Under the pieces are notes generated by a model, which was not told the origin of the DNA, did not search any database, and saw nothing but the letters and a program-made list of their open reading frames with translations. DNA of 64,000 nucleotides, from the NCBI GenBank assembly GCA_965203355.1, contig OZ241889.1, forward strand, positions 2,880,001-2,944,000, given 5' to 3'. A program made the position numbers and the translations under genes. The DNA is from Candidatus Latescibacterota bacterium. Lineage in GTDB: Bacteria > Latescibacterota > UBA2968 > UBA8231. Shown here piece by piece: positions 61,842 to 64,000 of the stretch (the first letter of the stretch is position 1; the number at the start of each line of letters is the position of its first letter).

Positions 61842-63053
61842 TTAAATGGGTATGCGACCCTGCTCATCTGGATTGACCCACTGGGTTACTATCAGCGAGA
61901 CAAAGGCCAAGAGCGCACCACTGACGAAAATGACTTCATAGCCAAAAAAGAGCCAGGCATATCCGCCGACTAAGGGGGCGGCCACGGCGGCTATGTGATT
62001 CATGGTTACCCCCATGGAGAGCGTGGGTTTGAGTTCGTCTGGAGGAGCGATCTTGTGCGCGTAGGTAGTCAGTGCGATTCCGCCGAAGAAAATGAGATTG
62101 TCGAGACAATAGAGCGCGTACAAACTCGGCCGGTGCTCCACGAACGCATAGCCCAAAAAGACGAACACCAACACGCTATAACTTAGCGTGAGCATCCGCC
62201 GCTCGCCAAAGCGATCCACCAAACGGCCCATCCACGCAGCCGTCAAGGTGATGAGCACTTGGTTGATCAGCACCAGCACCATGGTCGTTTCCACCGGCAT
62301 CCCGTGTACCTTCACGAGCGCGAAGATGGCGAAGGTTATAAACATCTGCTTGCGCAAGCCCTGGAGGAAATTCAGGGCGTAGAAGAGCAGATAACGCCGC
62401 TTGAGTACCAAGCGTTTCTCGCCTGCGGGCGCGTCCTTGTTATCGACCCAAAACAGGGCCAAGCCGCCCAGGGCCGTACACGCGCCAGCCAAGACAAAGA
62501 CTCCCTCGTAGCGCAAAAACTCCAGCCCCACCATACACGCGCCAATCGCCGCTAGCCAAGCCAAGCTGCTGATGCTGCGCAATTGTCCCAGCCAGCGGCC
62601 CTTGTCCGCGGTCGGGCCGTAGGCCAAGCCCATGCTCTGCTCTAGCGGGAGCCAGCAGTGAAAGCCCAAGCTCCACACCAGCGAGTACGAGGCCAACATG
62701 AAGACCGAGGCCACCTCCGCGTACGCAGCTAGCCCGATCCCCATCACCACCAGCGCAACCGCGGCAACTTTGGGCGGAGCCCAGCGGACGATCAGGGCCA
62801 GAAAAAACGCGTTGAGGAAACCGGGGACTTCGCGCAGCGCCTCGACGTAGCCCAATTCGTGCGGCTCAATGCCCAGCCGCTCGACGATGAAGTTGTTAAA
62901 CAGGGTTAGCTGCACCCCGAAAAACACCCCGGTCCCGGCCACAGCCACGGCTAAGAGCGCGAAGTTTTTATTCCACTCTGCAAAAGGATTGGCGATGACT
63001 CCCCCTTGTTGATGGAGTGAATTCAAGTGTGCTTTCTCCTCGCAGTCAACCAA
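61842..63053 (-). CDS. MFS transporter
   Basis: About 12 TM segments; GRLVDRFGERR MFS motif; start uncertain. Confidence 0.85.
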   Translation of the reverse strand: MVDCEEKAHLNSLHQQGGVIANPFAEWNKNFALLAVAVAGTGVFFGVQLTLFNNFIVERLGIEPHELGYVEALREVPGFLNAFFLALIVRWAPPKVAAVALVVMGIGLAAYAEVASVFMLASYSLVWSLGFHCWLPLEQSMGLAYGPTADKGRWLGQLRSISSLAWLAAIGACMVGLEFLRYEGVFVLAGACTALGGLALFWVDNKDAPAGEKRLVLKRRYLLFYALNFLQGLRKQMFITFAIFALVKVHGMPVETTMVLVLINQVLITLTAAWMGRLVDRFGERRMLTLSYSVLVFVFLGYAFVEHRPSLYALYCLDNLIFFGGIALTTYAHKIAPPDELKPTLSMGVTMNHIAAVAAPLVGGYAWLFFGYEVIFVSGALLAFVSLIVTQWVNPDEQGRIPI

Positions 63054-63062
63054 CTCAGCCCC

Positions 63063-63091
63063 TTGACGGGTGGATGGATAGCCGTTAAGCT
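63063..63091 (+). promoter_or_regulatory. Sigma70-type promoter of the creatininase gene
   Basis: TTGACG-17 nt-TAAGCT followed by an AAGGAG RBS. Confidence 0.5.
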
Positions 63092-63124
63092 ACCGGCTCA
63101 GCCAACGCAAAGGAGATTGGTACG

Positions 63125-63868
63125 ATGGCCGACGAACGCGTCTTTATTGGCGACCTAACCCGCAAAGAATTCCGCGAGCGCATCCAAGCAGGCACGATCA
63201 AGGCCGCCATCGTGCCCACCGCCGCAACCGAACAGCACAACGAACACCTGCACATGATCCACGACACCTTCCACGCCAGCTATATGGCCGAGCACGCGGC
63301 CAAAAAGCTCCTGCCCCAAGTGGTGGTAGCCACGCCGGTGGGCATCGGCGTTTCCGAGCACTGGATGGCACACGTTGGCACCCTGACCGTACGGCCGGAA
63401 ATTTTCTGCGAATACGTCTTCGACGTCTGTCATTCGCTCGCGCGGGCTGGCGTTGAGAACATCTTGGTGCTCAACGGCCATGGCGGCAACGTCAAACCCA
63501 TGATGCGCCGCCTGGACGAATACCGGGAAAAACTCGGCGTCAACCTGCGCTTCCAGTCCTATTGGGATGTATATGACCCCGACTACGTGCAGCAACACAT
63601 GGAGCGGGGACGGCTGCCTGGACACGCCGACGAGTTCGAGACCTCCACGATGCTCTACCTAGCGCCTTGGCGCGTACAGACCGCCGCCATCGACAACTCG
63701 GCCGCGGCCTTAGGCACACGCGCCAAGGGCGAGGCCCTAGTGGGGCCAGCCGTGGACGGGGTCGCCGCGCTGTTGGAGCACATGATCGCCGGCGAGCAAA
63801 TTGACCTGCCGCCGGTGACCTTCTACCCCGAGGGCAAGCGCAACCTCGTCACCGGTGAGCCGGTTTGA
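63125..63868 (+). CDS. Creatininase family amidohydrolase
   Basis: P.AATEQH..HL…D, LNGHGGN, GHADEFETS. Confidence 0.9.
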   Translation: MADERVFIGDLTRKEFRERIQAGTIKAAIVPTAATEQHNEHLHMIHDTFHASYMAEHAAKKLLPQVVVATPVGIGVSEHWMAHVGTLTVRPEIFCEYVFDVCHSLARAGVENILVLNGHGGNVKPMMRRLDEYREKLGVNLRFQSYWDVYDPDYVQQHMERGRLPGHADEFETSTMLYLAPWRVQTAAIDNSAAALGTRAKGEALVGPAVDGVAALLEHMIAGEQIDLPPVTFYPEGKRNLVTGEPV

Positions 63869-64000
63869 GCACGACCCCCAGCGCTTCGGCCGGCGACTCG
63901 ACGAGCACATCTACGGCCGCGGCGATATCTTCGAGCGCAAACTCGTGGGTGTAGAGCGGTTGGACGCGCAGCTTCCCGGCGGCTATGGCGCGCAGACACT
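63849..64000 (-). CDS. C-terminal fragment of a probable zinc-binding (MDR) dehydrogenase (5' part outside window)
   Basis: Manual translation: …CLRAIAAGKLRVQPLYTHEFALEDIAAAVDVLVESPAEALGVVLKPAHR*. Confidence 0.55.
   Translation of the reverse strand, partial: CLRAIAAGKLRVQPLYTHEFALEDIAAAVDVLVESPAEALGVVLKPAHR

Overview
GC-rich bacterial chromosomal window, mostly core genes. It holds hemL, an M16 peptidase pair, trmJ-like, gmd, gcvT/gcvP, coaE, clpP/clpX, epmA, trxA, holA, a sigma-70 factor, rph, smpB, three tRNAs (Leu-CAG, Arg-CCT, Lys-TTT) and a complete 12-gene alternative complex III + caa3 (type A2) oxidase operon. Accessory secreted-protein genes are interspersed: a partial FlgD-Ig/PD40/FGE-sulfatase protein, a low-GC XRE + secreted 'SWGRIK'-tail islet, a poly-Asp lipoprotein, a WG-repeat lipoprotein, a large S8 protease-adhesin, and toxin-antitoxin loci. 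Gene content (NYPNPFNP FlgD-Ig modules, WGxIK tail, ACIII-caa3, CRTAC1, Gfo/Idh/MocA) suggests an FCB-related lineage such as Latescibacterota/Handelsmanbacteria; this is inference only. I found no transposase, integrase, reverse transcriptase or CRISPR array. The most unusual signals are: (1) two unrelated secreted-protein genes each followed by a duplicate of their own 3' end (putative sorting tail + stop, once with terminator); (2) a recurring A/S-A/G-K-P motif at module junctions; (3) a lipoprotein with a 72-residue Asp-rich tail; (4) EpmA with an extra OB-fold-like N-terminus; (5) an AI-2E transporter with an inserted Ig-like domain; (6) a DnaC-like ATPase embedded between smpB and rph. 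All family calls come from motif recognition by eye, with no database searches.
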